36,338 bases of DNA from Octopus bimaculoides (lineage: Eukaryota), in contig NC_068981.1 in NCBI RefSeq assembly GCF_001194135.2, positions 156,553,213 through 156,589,550 on the forward strand. Reading direction: 5' to 3'. The notes under the pieces are model-generated. The model was not told the origin of the DNA and made no database searches. It was given only the letters and a program-made list of their open reading frames with translations. This document shows, piece by piece, positions 33,396-36,338 of this stretch (its first letter is position 1; each line of letters begins with the position of its first letter). A program made the position numbers and the translations under genes.

Positions 33396-34590
33396 ACTAA
33401 AAACTAAAAAATGTAATGCATTTTGTCCAATACTGTTATAACTGTCATTGGCCAAGTACAGTTTAGCTACCTTTACACATATTATTTCATACTAACATCA
33501 CAGTTATATAATTTCGGATAGTTATAGGTTTCCAAGGAGACAATCAGTGGTTCCCTGCATTTCTGGCAGAAAGAGGGACAAGGAAGATCAGTGAAACTTA
33601 AGTGGAACAAATAATGCATAAGGTATTTTATTTAAAACTCACTAGTTTTTCTTTTGTTTCTTACTGATGTTATTTATAACTTTTGCAAATATACATCCAC
33701 AAAAATATGCAGACACACACACACATGTATGTCTGTGCGTGTGCGTGAATTTGGTAAACAAAAACTATTGTAAGCCAGTCATATGTACATAAACACATAT
33801 GTGTGTGTGTGTGTGTGTGAAAATGTGCATGACTGTTGGCATTTTGTTTGTCACCATTTGATTGAAATGGTGGTGATATTTACATTCCTTGTTGGCATTT
33901 CAACATGTCACTCTGCAATTTTGAAAACCATTAGAATAAATAAATTCTATGCCTGATAAACAGGTTAGGGTTTACAAGAGAAAAAGCATCTAGCTGTTTT
34001 AAAATCCCACCTCAGAAATTGATTCATACTGAAGCCATGTTAGCATGTGAAAATGGACTTTAAGATTAAATTGATAAATGAACATATGCTATAATATGTA
34101 TATGTGTGTGTATGTATGCATGCATATATGTGTGTAAAATTCCATTCTCAAAGTATTGGTTAATTCAAGGCTTTAATAGAAGACATTTATTGTTAAACAT
34201 ACTGCACAATAGGATTGAATTCGGAACTAAATGACCATGAAATAAACATGTGGTTAAAACCACATGGTCATACCTTCATGTATGATTGTGAGGGGCAGGT
34301 ATAAAGTTTACTTCCTAAACACATGGTTCCAGATTCAGTTCTACTGCATGACCCTTGAGCAAGTGTCTTCTACTATAGCCTTGAGCCAACAAAGACTTGT
34401 CAATGGATTTGATAGATGGAGACTGAAAGAAGTACGAGACCCCCTTCAGTCATGAATGACCATGGGATTGCACCTAGAAAGTTACCCTCCCAGGCACAAG
34501 TCCTGGCAAGGGTGTTTATGGAAGACCAGCAGTCGCCCATGCATACCGGCCAGCCCTCTCCATGCCACCAGTGTTATCCAAAGGAAAAGC

Positions 34591-34632
<42 letters not shown>

Positions 34633-36112
34633 NNNNNNNNNNNNNNNNNNNNNNNNNNNNNNNNNNNNNNNNNNNNNNNNNNNNNNNNNNNNNNNNNNNN
34701 NNNNNNNNNNNNNNNNNNNNNNNNNNNNNNNNNNNNNNNNNNNNNNNNNNNNNNNNNNNNNCTCTTCCGATCTGAGTTTTTTATTTTTTGTGTGTGTGAG
34801 GAAATTGTGGAGTTGATTCATACAGCTGAAAGAAGAAAAAAAAAATCTTCAAGGCGGTACCCCAGCATGGCCACAATCTTGTGACTGAAACAAGTAAAAG
34901 ATAAGATATATCTCCTCCTTTTTTTCCTCACATTAAACTACAACAGCCTTGCAATATTTTTTCCCTAATGGCCAAGCATTACATTATCTGTATGAGAATC
35001 CTAACTATATAAATAAATATTGTAATCAAAAGACCCAAAGCTAAATATGTACAAACACAGACATCTTGAGTTAAATCTACAGAGTTTAGGTATCACTTTT
35101 CTATTGGCTTAGCCCACCTAGGTATTAGTAATGGCAATCAGTTCTGTTAAAATCTGTGACAGCATGGCATCTTCTCCAAGGCACTCAACACTATGAAACC
35201 AGAACTGTCAATGAAGGAGTCTCTCTGTGGTCACTTAACCTTCTAGAAATAGCAGCCAAATCTCTCCCTCAAATCATCCCTATTGTCTCAAGTAAAGGAA
35301 GGACATTGGATAGTGTAGTCATAGGCCTATTTCTAAAAAAGATGGGATGGTCATGGTTGGAATACTTTTGATCATGTGTCTGTTCAATGTAGTCTGACCT
35401 TGTGTCTAAGCAAAAATAACAGGTCCTTGAAAGCTTATGGATGATCTTGGAAACATTTATATTATTATATTACAGTAATCCATACTATTGTCATACCTAC
35501 TGAATCATCTTTTTCTGTCTTTCAAAGGAGGGTTTTGCTTGAAATGTTAAATGTCCCTTTCTTTTTTCCTTCTTTATATTCATCATCATTTAATGTCTGT
35601 TTTCTATGCTGTAATGGATAAGACGGTTTGACCAGACATGGTAAGTCGGAGAGCTGTACCAGTCATCTGTTTTGGCTTGGTTTCTATGGCTGGATGTACT
35701 TGTTAATACCAACTACTTCACAGTGTACTGGTTGCGTTTTATGTGTCACCAGCATGGATGCCTTTTATATGTCACCAGCAGTGGTGCCTATTACTTGTCA
35801 CCGGCATGGGTACTTTTTACATGACACCAGCATAAGTGCTTTTTATGTTTCACTGGCACTGGCCACAACCATGATTTCACTTAGCTTGATATCTCTTCTC
35901 AAGCACAGAAAATCGCCAGAAGTCTCGGTCACTTGCCATCACCTCCATGAGATTCAACAATCAAAGATCAGATTTCAGCAGCTCATGATTTAATGTTCCT
36001 TGCATTCAGAATTCACATTCTACCAAGGTCAACTTATCTTGCAATAATCAATAAATAATGTACCTATCTAAAGCAGTGGACTGGTAGAATTGTTAGCGCA
36101 TCTGACAAAATC

Positions 36113-36338
36113 ATCATCATCATCGTTTAACGTCCGCTTTCCATGCTAGCATGGGTTGGACGATTTGACTGAGGACTGGTGAAACCGGATGGCAACACCA
36201 GGCTCCAGTCTAATTTGGCAGAGTTTCTACAGCTGGATGCCCTTCCTAACGCCAACCACTCAGAGAGTGTAGTGGGTGCTTTTACGTGTCACCCGCACGA
36301 AAACGGCCACGCTCGAAATGGTGTCTTTTATGTGCCAC
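36113..36338 (+). repeat. Dispersed repeat family E, opposite orientation, runs off the window end
   Basis: CATCATCATCGTTTAACGTCCGCTTTCCATGCTAGCATGGG... is the reverse complement of the other copies. A degraded copy lies at about 35580-35960. Confidence 0.85.

Overview
AT-rich, microsatellite- and retroposon-dense eukaryotic DNA. The SINE families resemble those I recognise from octopod cephalopods, but the taxon is inferred, not verified. Two spliced genes lie tail-to-tail. On the + strand is a 4-exon theta-class glutathione S-transferase (259..13237, 230 aa) ending in the peroxisomal signal -SKL. On the - strand is a 3-coding-exon quinolinate phosphoribosyltransferase homologue (QPRT, 30903..17343, 319 aa). 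Its frame and splice sites are intact, but several normally conserved catalytic residues are substituted: equivalents of human K139R, K171R, D222E, G250D and G270N. Introns and the intergenic gap hold degraded mariner, hAT, RTE and CR1-type elements, MITEs and several SINE families. QPRT intron 1 contains a minimal type I hammerhead ribozyme with an inverted partner copy, the architecture known from Penelope-like retroelements. There are five N gaps: two flanked by exact duplications and one followed by an Illumina adapter remnant. Most ORFs in the supplied track are spurious or transposon fragments. Repeat boundaries are approximate and all alignments were done by eye.
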